NCBI RefSeq assembly: GCF_006345805.1
Contig: NC_043002.1
Coordinates: forward strand, 14,012,001 to 14,076,000
DNA length: 64,000 bases
Direction of reading: 5' to 3'
DNA from: Octopus sinensis
Lineage: Eukaryota
Both the position numbers and the translations under genes were made by a program. The notes under the pieces are model-generated. The model did not search any database. It saw nothing but the letters and a program-made list of their open reading frames with translations, and was not told where the DNA came from. Below, piece by piece: positions 43,308 through 55,724 of the stretch (within the stretch, counting starts at the first letter, position 1; every line of letters starts with the position of its first letter).

Positions 43308-43424
43308 ATATATATTTTTTTATCTCATTTCTCTTCATATTTTTGCCTTCTCTCAATATTACTTAACTCTCCATAAATTATAAATTGTCGTTCTTTCATT
43401 CGACGCCCTAAGTGATAAATAGCT

Positions 43425-43757
43425 ATCATTTTCATTATTAGGATCATAATTATCATCATCATCATCACCATCATCATCATCCTCATCATCAATTTCCTAT
43501 TAATCATCCTCTTCATCAACAAGATCATCATCTTCATCCTCATCACCATCTTCCTAATCATCAACCAGATCATCACCATCACCATCATTATCATCATCAT
43601 CCTCATCATCAATTTCATATTAATCAGCCCCTTCATCATCAACAAGATCATCATCATCATCATCAACAAGATCATAATCATTATCATCATCATCAACAAG
43701 ATCATCATCATCATCATCATCACAATCATCACCATCACCAACACTATCATCATCATT
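43425..43757. repeat. (CAT)-based compound minisatellite
   Basis: Recurring catcaacaagatcat and catcctcatcatcaatttc subunits. Confidence 0.85.
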
Positions 43758-44249
43758 TCTTTTGGTGTTTGATATAGTCGCTCTGTGCGTTGAACGGATC
43801 TTTTCAACATAGCTGGGAGACAAATTAGAGTTTCTACGTAATATGATGAAAATTGTATAGAAAACTTTCCGACATCAAGCACCACTAATGTGGAATTGAA
43901 GAAAATGTCTGTATGGAACATTTGATATATTTTTATATTTTAGCAAAATATTGTTCAGAAGAGTTTCAACATGGCTTCGTCTAGGGAAGAAGCCATACTG
44001 AAACTGCAGACGTGGTAGCAGAATATATGCACCCAAGAATGTTTTGAAACACAAAATGAAAGAAAAACAGGTTCAAAAGAAAAACAATTTAACGAAAAGA
44101 ATTCATTGCAAAGTATCAAAAAAAAAAACACAGACAATCATAACTTCAATAACGTTAGTATCGAAAGCAGCTGTACCCAAACATTTTTATCATTAGGAAA
44201 CAGGCATAGGGGAGAGATATGCGTCCTTGCAAAATGCATTCATCAAGAA

Positions 44250-44748
44250 ATATTCTTTTCAACTCTAGGCCCAAAGCCTGAAATTTTGGGGGGAGAGGGC
44301 CAGTCAATTAGATCGACCCCACTACGCAACTGGTACTTAATTTATCGACTCCGAAAGGATGAAAAGCAAAATTCGACCACAGCGGAATTTGACCTAAAAA
44401 CGTAAAGACAGGCGAAATGGCGCAAAGCATTTCGCCTGGCGTGCGTAACTGGTACTTATTCAATCGAGCCTTTCGCTGGAATTTGAACTCAGAACGTAGC
44501 GGCAGACGAAATACCTATTTCTTTACTACCTACAAGGGGCTAAATACAGAGAGGACAAACAAGGACAAACAAACGGATTAAGTCGATTATATCGACCCCA
44601 GTGCGTAACTGGTACTTATTTAATCGACCTCGAAAGGATGAAAGGCAAAGTCGACCTCGGCGGAATTTGAACTCAGAACCTAATGGCAGACGAAATACGG
44701 CTACGCATTTCGCCCGGCGTGCTAAGGTTTCTGCCAGCTCGCCGCCTT
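44250..44748 (-). mobile_element. Composite SINE: 184-bp-family head and 1.5 units joined to a related SINE with a different tail
   Basis: Minus aaggcggcgagctggcagaaacc.. unit, partial unit, then a copy ending aaaatttcaggctttgggcctagagttgaaaaga. Confidence 0.75.
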
Positions 44749-45888
44749 CATCAAAAATGTTGAAGAGTTAAATGGTTCGCATCTGATTATTTAATATATT
44801 CATATGCTCTCGTATCAGCGGTTAGACGTAATCATCGTAGAAGTGATTGAGACCTGCTGAGCGGGACACCGGCTGACACTAAGGTACTAGGAAATATGTA
44901 TAGAGTTTACGTAATGAAACCTAGAGACAATGTTGCGGTTCATATGCTTTAGCTTGATGTATGCTTTAGCTTGTGGGGAAATATGGCCACCTATTAATTT
45001 CAGATATAAATCGCAATGACGGCTGCTCGGATGGCGTCTGCGTAGTTGCGCAGATCCTGATGCCACCGGAAGACTAAAACACTATCCTGGATTTATACCT
45101 TATTGAAGGGTCAGAACGGAAGACAATTGGCACGGTCTACCTAGGAAAGAGAAATAAATAAAAACATACCATCTTTGATAAGAAGAAGAACATAAGGAGG
45201 TAACTAATATTAGCAGTTATAACAACTAAAATGTCAAGCCAACTACCTTCATTTTAGTTGATGCTCAATACCAGGTACAGAAGAGCCCATGGACAACCAA
45301 CTAGCGGAGAAATACGTTTCTATGACAATCGCAGGCAAATTCTACATTTGACTAATGGAATGTTGCCAATATCTCACTGCACACTGCCAGCTGAATTTTG
45401 TGATTTCGGAAAATATTCCACCCTATTGTTCAGAGGATTTTCTGGGTGTTATAAGAGACAAAGTCGAAGCAACTTCTCGCGTCTATAAAACCTGGTGTGG
45501 TTTTGAGCAAATGTAGGACTTTCGTTCGTGATATGGCCAATGGTTTCGCTCCCTTTATTGCAGATGCAGTACAGCGGAGACACTTGCTCATAGCTTAGGT
45601 TGATCTTAGTGGTATTTCGTCAACCGCTACGTTCTGAATTCAGATTCTCTCGAGGCCGACATTGCCTTTCATCTTTTCGGGGTTTATAAATTAAGTACCA
45701 GTAAAACACTGGGATCGATGTAATCGACTAGTCCACACCCCCAAAACTTCAAGCCTTATGCCTTTAGTAGAAGGGATTCTTCTTATTATTAAATGTTTAA
45801 AAAATGTGAAGTATACCCATACCAAACACACACGCCCACACACACACACATAGACATACGCACACATAAATATACACGCGCACACAAA

Positions 45889-45919
<31 letters not shown>

Positions 45920-46049
45920 GTGTGTATATTTGTAGTGGTATTCATATACTTAAGTTAATAATGATAATCATGTATGTATGTATATATATCTATATGTATA
46001 TATATGTATGCATGTATGTATGTATGTATCTATCTCTCTCTATATATAT

Positions 46050-46445
46050 ATATATGTATATATAATGCTGAAGTTGTCTGTGTGTGTGTGTGGCACGTTT
46101 GGTAGCCTTCAACTAACACTATCTCCTCCGAGACCCTGCGGCGCAAGTTGACCAAAATTGAGGGTATTATAGAAGAATGCTTTTCTTCATTCCGTAGAAA
46201 AAAATTCAAATCGGACCTTGTTAAGACCAAAAATTATTTATATCAAAAAGGTGTTTTCTTTCTGTGAAAATCCCTACTTCTTACGATTTTCTGACTGCTG
46301 TGTCGACATTTTTCGGTGTATTTCAACTAGAAAAATGTTCACTTAAAGAGAATAACAAGCTACATAATGCAAAAGTTTTACTTTCCAAAAATTCCAATTC
46401 TAAAGGGTCGAAACAAACCTGAGCAATGCCGGGCTATACTGCTAC
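46050..46445 (+). mobile_element. Non-autonomous Helitron-like element
   Basis: 5' tatatataatgctgaagttgtctg(tg)n; 3' hairpin-like cctgagcaatgccggg followed by ctatactgCTAC-t (CTAG-like end). Confidence 0.6.
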
Positions 46446-46452
46446 TATATAT

Positions 46453-46535
<83 letters not shown>

Positions 46536-46538
46536 TAT

Positions 46539-47156
46539 GGCAGGTTCAGACGAACACACACACACATAAAACATAATATATTTTTTTCTGCCACCCAACG
46601 GTTCTTACTGCAGTAGCCATTGTGTAGAGCGGCTTAACCACTAACAGCCGAGCGATCAAACGCACACACGTACACAAAAAATATTTTCTACCCCTTGACG
46701 GAGGTCTTGCCAACCTACGCCAGCACACACATATATAGAACTATATACACACACATGTCTCTAAGTAGATTTTTTCTCGCCCCTTATAAAACATCCAATA
46801 TTCCTTAAATAGTCAGAACTTTATTCTCGGTCACAAAGAACATCTACACACCCTCACCCACATGAATGACCGCTGCCTGACCCGTTAAAATCTTCAGCCA
46901 CCGGTTCTCAACATACACTGATAAACAGTTTTGCCATGGGCTCTTAGGAGCCTAGTTCGATTTGTTTTGCTCCGCCTCTGTTCTGTTTTTGTTTTTTCCA
47001 ACGGATTTCCTATTTCTTCCTGAAGAGAAAGACACAATATGGTCTCATTATTCAATCGGATTTTGGTAAATTGTGCCTTTCGAAACACGTGTAGAATGAA
47101 ATAAAACGATTTCTGTTCAATCTTCGTTCAGCTCCATTTCTTCAATTCACCAATAA
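46539..47156 (+). mobile_element. Solo PLE pseudo-LTR in (TA)n, homologous to 52476-53068
   Basis: High-identity inverse match to 52476-53068; no coding remnant; contains a hammerhead. Confidence 0.85.
47014..47100 (+). ncRNA. Type I hammerhead ribozyme, intact core
   Basis: ttcttc-CTGAAGA-GAAAGACACAA..TTGTGCCTTTC-GAAAC-ACGT-GTA-gaatgaa; predicted cleavage after 47093. Confidence 0.8.
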
Positions 47157-47161
47157 TATTA

Positions 47162-47202
<41 letters not shown>

Positions 47203-48139
47203 TAATCCAAACAAGAAAACAAAAAGACAACAACGCAAGGATGTGGAGCAAATAAAGTATTATTGGACGCTCAGGAAAGAAGGGAAGAAATATATATACA
47301 CCTGTGTCTGTACGTGCGCTCATGTTTTTTTTTTATTGATGTAAGGAAACAACATTATGTACTTAAGTGTGTTGTTATAAACATTTAAAATCAAATATTT
47401 TTCATAAAAAATTGATTGAGCTTTCATCGGTATACAAAAAGATAAATCGCTCCTTTTACAATAAATATTATATGTCTATAATAAATTTCAATTATATCAG
47501 TGGAAACTACTTTATTTCACAACGAAGTGAATACCCTCATCAATCAAGTTTTGTAAACCATCGACAGAAATATATCTACCAATACTGTTGGTTTGCTTTG
47601 TTTGTAAACGTGTTTGAAATCCTTGATGATAATTTCTTGGACAATGGGAAACTTATACCTAAATCGTAGTTTTGAAATGTGTTGCCTGTATTTTACTTTT
47701 GGTCTACGTTCTCTTAATTTTATGTTTGTGTACGCTGGACAATTTTTTTTTAAAACATACAGTTATTAGAAGTGGCTTTCATAATGTTGGTATTGTTGTG
47801 CTTTGATTTATGGCAGATCTTGTATTTCTGTAAAGTATATCATTACATGTTCAATAAGTTTTCAGTTTGATTTTTTTTGCGAGCTTATCAAAATTTGGTA
47901 AACGTATAATTGATTTAAATATGTATGTGTATATTCAAATGTGTATGTATGCATTCGATACACGGCGTCGCGTAATGTCATTAATCAATATATTTTATTT
48001 TCCGTTGTTCGAATTTACTCAGCTGAAGAAAATGAACACTACCTTTTTTACAAACGCATCAGACTTGTTAAAATCTCTGTCACGCTGGCTTTCCCTGTGA
48101 ACTTCAATAACGGTACGTGTCAATGGAGTGCTTAGCTGC

Positions 48140-48503
48140 GGAGGCACATGGCCTAGTGGTTAGAGCACGGGTTCAAATCTCAGACCGGGCGATGTGTGTG
48201 TTTATGAGCGAAACACCTAAGCTCCACGCAGCTCCGGCAGAAGGTAATGGTGAACCTCTGCTGATTCTTTCGCCACAACTTTCTCTCATTCTTTCCTCCT
48301 GCATCTTGGAGCTCACCTGCGACGGACCAGCATCCCGTCCAGGTGGGGGAACCTTTACGCCAAGGAAACTGGGAAACCGGCCCTTATATGTCAGGCATGG
48401 CTCGAGAAGAAACAGTGATTAGCAACTTGCACATTAAATTCACGAGCAAATTGTTCCATTGATCATATCAGATGGAACCCTCTTCTTCATTACCAACGGA
48501 GTA
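48140..48503 (+). mobile_element. tRNA-derived SINE (family of 12971-13271)
   Basis: ggaggcacatggcctagtggttagagc..ggttcaaatctcagaccgggcg.. Confidence 0.8.
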
Positions 48504-49181
48504 TTAATTTTTATGAGTTATATATGCTTGTATGTAGCGAGAGATGTGTTTTAGATATGACTTTAAACTGCATCCAGTGGTGGGGTTTTACTTAAAATTT
48601 TCTAAGTCTTTGAGGAGCGTGGTTTCATGACTCTTGTTTCTAGTTATACTCTGACCCGAGGTAGTAGTATGTGGCAACATCCCTGCTATGTTTGAACTTA
48701 CACGTGAGATGCCTTACCATCTGAGTGCGTGGATGCAGAGATAGCATTCTGTTGGTGTCACCGCGCGCAGTAAAACTGCTGAGAATGTATAAAATAAATA
48801 AAAGTAAATTAAACGAACGAGCATAAACAGGGGACACTCATAACGCAGGCACATTCCCACAGACGCACTTCCTAAACATAGATACGCACATGGAGATGCG
48901 CAGGCGCAAATAAAGAAACATACAAGAGGAATACAAAATGGCAAATCGTTAGTAAGGAGAGACACAAAAAATCAAAGTATCACCGATGAGGCCACAGAAG
49001 TGTGACGAAAAACTCTGGCCGAAATACAATATAAAATAAAGCTGAATCAAGTGAACACTAAATATATAGTGCGTGTGTTTTTATTGGGTAAAGTGGCAAT
49101 ATGACCATGCCCAAATGCAACAATATATGCATATACATACACACAGACACATACATACATACATACACATATATATATGCA

Positions 49182-49232
<51 letters not shown>

Positions 49233-49283
49233 GACATATATATCCATTTATACACATATATACTATATATATATACATTGATT

Positions 49284-49341
<58 letters not shown>

Positions 49342-49456
49342 AGTCGCCATGATAGATCGTTAGACACTACACATATTTTTCTCGCCTTTTTTTCGCTCCA
49401 TTTTTCTCTCCTAATTTTTCTCCTTATATTTTTCTCTCCTTGTTTTTTCTGTGTCC

Positions 49457-49492
49457 CTTTCTGTAGAAAAGCGTAGGCTCGAAACGTAAAAG
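49457..49492 (+). ncRNA. Minimal type I hammerhead motif, variant core
   Basis: CTTT-CTGTAGAA-AAGC-GTAG-GCTC-GAAAC-GTA-AAAG inside a 49340-49577 repeat flanked by (TA)n. Confidence 0.5.
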
Positions 49493-49573
49493 ACTTTTTC
49501 TATTCCTGAGCGTTATACTAATACATCTGTTGGTTTTGTAAACCACCTGTCTTTTGTTTTTTTCGTAAACTCT

Positions 49574-49649
<76 letters not shown>

Positions 49650-49720
49650 TGTGTGTGTGTGTGTGTGTATGCATGTATAGAGTGTTAGATGCGATGTACA
49701 GAAATTGAATATTGAGAAAA

Positions 49721-50226
49721 AAAAGTCGTTAGAATTTGAGGAAGAAAATTTTTTCTTCATTTTTATTGGCACTTTCGTTCCGCTCTCGAACTTGTCAAAT
49801 AAAATTTTGTGAATGTACCAACAGCTTGTTCATTTATATAAAAATGATGTTCTTTCGGGTTTGGTTTGGAAGAGAACATTGTTTTTGTTTTTTCGGTGTG
49901 AGATTACTTGACAATGGAGATGGATAGATAGAAATATAGGTAGGTAGATAGATAGATAGCTATGTAGATAGACGAATAGAGAAATAGGTAGAGGGAGAGA
50001 GACATTTATTTATTTATTCAATTTATTTAATCCTTTACCATTGTATTGGAATGAGTTTAAAGATGGTGACCTCTTCAAAAAAAAAAAGGTCACCACTGAA
50101 AGCTAAATGTCTTTAGTGATGACCAAACACAACCTCTTCTTTTTCGTTTATTTTTTTTTTGGAGCAGTCACCATAGTTAAACCCTTTCCAATACAATTTT
50201 AAAGGGTTAAATAAATAGCTGTCTAA

Positions 50227-50294
<68 letters not shown>

Positions 50295-50569
50295 TTGCGT
50301 ATCTATATATCTATCTGCGTGTCTACCAACTTATATTTCTATCTATTCATCTCTATTCTCTTGGAACCTAAACCCCAACCAAAAAAAAAAAAAACAAAAA
50401 AAACAATGCTCTCTTCTAAACCCAAAAAAAAAAACTCTAAAAAACATGTTTTATATAAATGAACAAGCTGTTTTTACATTCAAAAAATTTTATTTGACAA
50501 GTTAGAGAAAGGAACGAAAATCCTAATAACAATGCAGAAATAAAAATATTTTTTTTCCAAAATTCCGAC

Positions 50570-50575
<6 letters not shown>
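49721..50575. repeat. Foldback inverted repeat (~850 bp) with a TTAA-bounded core
   Basis: 49721-49892 matches the reverse complement of 50390-50575; (GATA)n vs (TATC)n; 50021-50087 vs 50150-50216. Confidence 0.8.
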
Positions 50576-50608
<33 letters not shown>

Positions 50609-51139
50609 TAGAGAGAGAGAGAGAGATACACATATAAATCTATGTATCTGTCTATCTGCTTGTCTGTCTGTTTGTCTGTCTCTCTATTTATCTGTTTGTG
50701 TATATATATGCGCATATACGTAGCCACGTATGTCTGAAGTTGTTTCTAAAATCAGATTCTTTCAAAACTGTATTTGAATGGTTACATGCTGTGCCTCTCC
50801 TATGTTAGATCATTTATACTTTAAAATCAATGTACACAAATACAACTCAGAGACAAAATGAAAGAGCTGTCTTAGAAACACAAGTGAACAGGTGTTAGAA
50901 ATGTAATTAACTAATGGAAACTTAGGTAAATGAAATGCTGAAACTATAGGAGAAATATTAATTTGAAATATTGGAACAGTGAAAATTAAAGAACATTTTT
51001 ATTAAAATGGGGTAGAAATAGTACAGAGTACATTGCATAACGTACAGACATATGAATTGGAACACATACACATACCTCGCCCGTGTGCAGAAGCTGTTAT
51101 GCATGTGTAGAATGGATTCATATATATATATATATATGA

Positions 51140-51278
51140 GCCTGCTTACCAGCCTCATGGTTTCGGGTGCAGTTCCATTACGTCGCACCTCGGGAAAGTG
51201 TCTTCTACTATAGCCGCGGGCCGACCAAAGCCTTGTGTGTGGATTTGGTAGACGGAACCTGAAAAGAAGCCCGTCGTA

Positions 51279-51353
<75 letters not shown>

Positions 51354-51522
51354 GTGTTTCTGTGTCAGTGTTTGTACCCCCAGCATCGCTTGACGACCGA
51401 TGATGGGTTGTTTACGTCCCTAACTAACCGATTCGGCAAAAGAGCTCTCGATAGAATAAGTACTAGGCTTACAAAGAATAAGTCCTGGGGTCGATTTACT
51501 CGACTAAATGCGGTGCTCCAGA
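51140..51522 (+). mobile_element. tRNA-derived SINE (family of 19040-19529), diverged
   Basis: ccgaccaaagccttgtg..ggatttggtagacggaa..gatagaataagtact..gcggtgctccag. Confidence 0.8.
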
Positions 51523-51689
51523 AAAAGAGAGTATATATGTATGTTATTATTTATATGTGTATAATATATATATAATAATATATATATTATAATATATATA
51601 TGTATATATATGTATATACATATTTATATACACATATTTATATATACACACATAAACACATACACTCACACATATATATATATATATAT

Positions 51690-52238
51690 TCTTCTCTTCT
51701 CCCCCGTCTGTCTTGATAGACAATGGGTCGCACCAAGGGTGGGGCCTACTTTGATGATGAGCAGCGTCTGCTGTGACTGAACAGTCCAATTCTAGAGTGG
51801 CAGTCCCTGGTACAGTTGCTGCACACGAACATCGATGGGTACGTGTGGGGTGTTGCTGCAGTTGTCCTCCTCCTGTCCCGCCTGTCCGACCACAGCTGTG
51901 CTCTCCTTTCCTAAGCCATGGAAACGCCTTTGCTCACTGTCCGACGCCAGGCAGAGCGGTCAGCAGCTGTTACCTCCCACGTGTCCACACAGATGTTGGC
52001 AGTCCTCAGGTCGCGCTTGCACACATCCCTGTATCGTAGCTGTGGACGTCCCTTGGGTCGGGATCCCGTGGTGAGTTCGCTGTACAGGATGTCTTTAGGC
52101 ATGCGACCGTCCTGCATGCGGCAGACGTGTCCGAGCCAGCGCAGTCGTCTCCGCACGAGGAGGACATGCATGCTTGGCATATTAGTCTGTTCTAGGATGA
52201 CTCCGTTTGGTACTCGGTGCTTCCAGGAGATGCCAAGG

Positions 52239-52240
<2 letters not shown>
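51690..52240 (-). mobile_element. RTE-clade LINE 3' fragment
   Basis: RRLRWLGHVCRMQDGRMPKDILYSEL..GSRPKGRPQLRYRDVCKRDL...DRSAWR; C-terminal CSNC..DCHSRIGLFSHSRRC; (TA)n flanks. Confidence 0.92.
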
Positions 52241-52333
<93 letters not shown>

Positions 52334-52530
52334 GTGAAATAGAAAGATGAATAATCTTGTAGTAGTTTAACCGATACCTTAGTAGCAGAAATCACAGCAG
52401 TAAACAGCACGGTTGGAGGTACAACCATCTGGCGTTGCAACCGTGCGTTGGTGCGGATAATTGAAATTAAAACATTATTGGTGAATTGAAGAAATGGAGC
52501 TGAACGCAGATTGAACAGAAATCGTTTTAT

Positions 52531-52617
52531 TTCATTCTACACGTGTTTCGAAAGGCACAAATTACCAAAATCCGATTGAATAATGGGACCATATTGTGTC
52601 TTTCTCTTCAGGAAGAA
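52531..52617 (-). ncRNA. Type I hammerhead ribozyme, intact core, in element-sense orientation
   Basis: Same fold as 47014-47100, on the minus strand. Confidence 0.8.
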
Positions 52618-53731
52618 AAAAGGAAATCCGCTGGAAAAACAAAAGCAGAACAGAAGCTGAGCAAAAACAAATCGAACTATGCTCCTAAGAACCCATGGCG
52701 AAACTGTTTATCAGTGTATGTTGAGAACCGGTGGCTGAAGAATTCAACGGGTCAGGCATCGGTCAATCATGTGGGTGAGGGTGTATAGATGTTCTTTGTG
52801 ACCGAGCATAAAGTTCTGACTATTTAAGGAATATTGGATGTTTCCTAAGGGGCGAGAAAAAAATCTACTTAGAGACGTGTGTGTGTGTATACTGTTCTAT
52901 ATATGTGTGTGTTGGCGTAGGGGTAGAAAACATTTTTTGTGTACGTGTGTGCGTTTGATCGTTCGGCTGTCAGTGGCTACTGCCGTGATAACCGTTGGGT
53001 GGCAGAAAGAAAAACAAAAATATATATATTATGTTTTATGTGTGTGTGTGTGTTCATCTAAGCCTGCCTTGTCAAGGAAACCCCCCGCTGTGAAAAAACC
53101 AAGCCCCGTTTGTCTTACAGGAGTAATTCCCCTTGCAGTGGTTAATCGTAGATATCTTAAAGGCTATTTCAGAATTTGTTACCAAGGGCTATGGGTGCCG
53201 GTATTATTTATAAACGCTATTTGAAAGCCAGATAAGTGTAACGCCGCCAATGGGGGCATCGAAAAGCCGACTGTAAGAGCCCGTTTACCATCCGGCCTCT
53301 GGCAAACAAAATATGGAAGAGTTCGGAGACACAAAGGTTGCACTGTCTTCTGCCCCTATCAAATGGGAGGGCCACCGACAAAATTGACCATTCCAGCCTA
53401 TAGCTTAAGTTCGTATCCTTCAGTCGCCATATTAGCTTACTGAGTCCCGTGGTCTGGCGCTTGTTCACGTCCCGAAAAGTTGCGTAATGGTTGGAGACAC
53501 GCAAAGACAATCTTGAGGATGTAGGGGCATCATACACTTATGCTCGGTCACAAAGAACATCTATACACCCTCACCCACATGATTGACCGATGCCTGACCC
53601 GTTGAATTCTTCAGCCACCGGTTCTCAACATACACTGATAAACAGTTTCGCCATGGGCTCTTAGGAGCATAGTTCGATTTGTTTTTGCTCAGCTTCTGTT
53701 CTGCTTTTGTTTTTCCAGCGGATTTCCTTTT

Positions 53732-53818
53732 TTCTTCCTGAAGAGAAAGATACAATATGGTCCCATTATTCAATCGGATTTTGGTAATTTGTGCCTTTCG
53801 AAACACGTGTAGAATGAA
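53732..53818 (+). ncRNA. Type I hammerhead ribozyme, intact core, in the inverted pLTR
   Basis: ttcttc-CTGAAGA(53738-53744)-stem II-GAAA(53800-53803)-CACGTGTA-gaatgaa; predicted cleavage after 53811. Confidence 0.8.
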
Positions 53819-54189
53819 ATAAAACGATTTCTGTTCAATCTGCGTTCAGCTCCATTTCTTCAATTCACCAATTATGTATATATATATATAACTTGTACTC
53901 ATTCGGTTTCGATGGCAACGGTTTTAATTGGTCCTATCACCAGAATAGCCTACTCCTGAAATTAAATTGCAAGAGACTCAACAGTCGATAGATACACAAG
54001 ACTTAACGAATTTTCAGGCAGATTCAACGTGAAACAAAAGTGCGGCGAGGTTGACCCTTTGAAATACGGGTACTACTTATTTTCGCCAGCTGATTGAACT
54101 GTAACAATTTGATATAAGATGTCTTACTCAGGGGCACAACATATGTGTGTATAAACTTAGATAAACGTAGATATGTTTCGACCAAAGAT

Positions 54190-54540
54190 TGGTCCAGGCC
54201 ATGTCTAACTTAATAGCACCACCTGATAGGATTGTCTAAATCCTGTTTAAGTCAAGTTTTATTTATGGTCCATTCAAGTAGTGAGTTCTTGTTGAGTGAG
54301 TTGTATCCAGGTATGGGTGGCTTATCCGGTATTCCTTGAAGAAATCTGTCCAGACTCCGTTTGAAGGTGATGGGATCCGTTTCCTCTTTCGTCAGTTTTG
54401 GAACAATGTTAAACAGGGCAAGGCCGGTTGAGAAAAAGAAACTATGTCGCATTGTACCTATATGTTGTGATCTTGAATTGGGCAGGGGACGTATGGCCCG
54501 AGGACCCAGACTTGGATGAACCTTGAAACTAAAGTTCAGG
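54190..54540 (-). mobile_element. CR1-group LINE 3' end fragment
   Basis: HPSLGPRA....SFFSTGLALFNIVPK...FKRSLDRFLQGIPDKP..PGY..NSL. Confidence 0.75.
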
Positions 54541-54589
54541 TAAGAAGAAAATCATATTCTTTATTCTACAATTGTTTCAGTTCTATTAA

Positions 54590-54652
<63 letters not shown>

Positions 54653-55335
54653 GTATGTTTACATACACATGCATATCTATATATATGTATATATACATAG
54701 AGACAATATTAAAATTAATAATATCTTCGAAAATATATGTTAATACAATATTGTCAAGATAATCAAAATTGGTGATATTTCGACTGAATAATAGAAAACA
54801 TTTTACCAGTTAATAAACATTAAGAAAAATGAAACGACGAAATCAAATTCAACTTACGACACTCATACATTCCACCGTTAGGGACATCATTGGATAACTG
54901 TTTAGCTTTATAAAAATATAATTAAAATAAGAAGAAAAATAAAAGTAAAAAATAAAATTAAATGAAAACCAATATTAAATATATTTAATAAATAAATGTA
55001 TTTAAGAAAAGTAATTTAATTCTTGGAAATTTACTCTGAAATTACCAATGATGAAAATCCAAATAAAAGAAGTAATATCACCATACAAAATCTATAATAT
55101 AACAATCTGAAATCTATATAGAAAAATTACCTAAAAGAAACCCTACAAAAATACCCTAAAAGCTGAGTATTTTTATGTAGAATTTTTAATGACGTCGCTA
55201 GATAACTAAAGAATAGAAACTGCATATATGAATCTTACGTTCTGCTTAATAGAAACTGAGATATTTTACGTTGCGATAATTATTTTGCTGTTTACTTATT
55301 ATTGATTTGTAGGTACGTGGTATTTCGCTATGCAA

Positions 55336-55724
55336 GGCGGCGAGCTGGCAGAAACATTAGCACGCCGGGTGAAATGCTTAGCTGTATTTCGCTTGCTGTT
55401 GCGTTGTGAGTTCAAATTCCGCCGAGGTCGACTTTGCCTTTCATCCTTTCGGAGTCGATAAATTAAGTACCAGTTACGCACTGGGGTCGATGTAATCGAC
55501 TTAATACCTATGTCTGTCCTTGTTTGTCCCCTCTATGTTTAGCCACTTGTGGGTAATAAAGAAATAGATGTTTCGTCTGCCGCTACGTTTTGAGTTCAAA
55601 TTCCGCCGAGGTCGACTTTGCCTTTCATCTTTTCGGGGTCGATTAAATATGTACCTGTTACGCACTAGGGTCTGTCCTTGTTTGTTCTCTCTGTGTTTAT
55701 CCCCTTGTGGGTAGTTAAGAAATA
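55336..55724 (+). mobile_element. SINE dimer with 17-bp TSD
   Basis: TSD ggtatttcgctatgcaa at 55319-55335 and 55725-55741. Confidence 0.9.

Larger units (their letters stand above)
52335..53872 (-). mobile_element. Penelope-like element: inverted 5' pLTR part, GIY-YIG end, 3' pLTR
   Basis: 53217-53537 minus ..LSKLIWRLK....LEWSIL....CNLCVSELFHIL...CPH; near-perfect inverted repeat 52478-52810 vs 53539-53871. Confidence 0.9.

Noticed and set aside
52543-52788. Repeated ORF MFRKAQITKIRL (also 46894 and 53561) as a small protein family
   Set aside because: Antisense reading of the hammerhead-bearing pLTR; non-ATG start and frameshifted between copies
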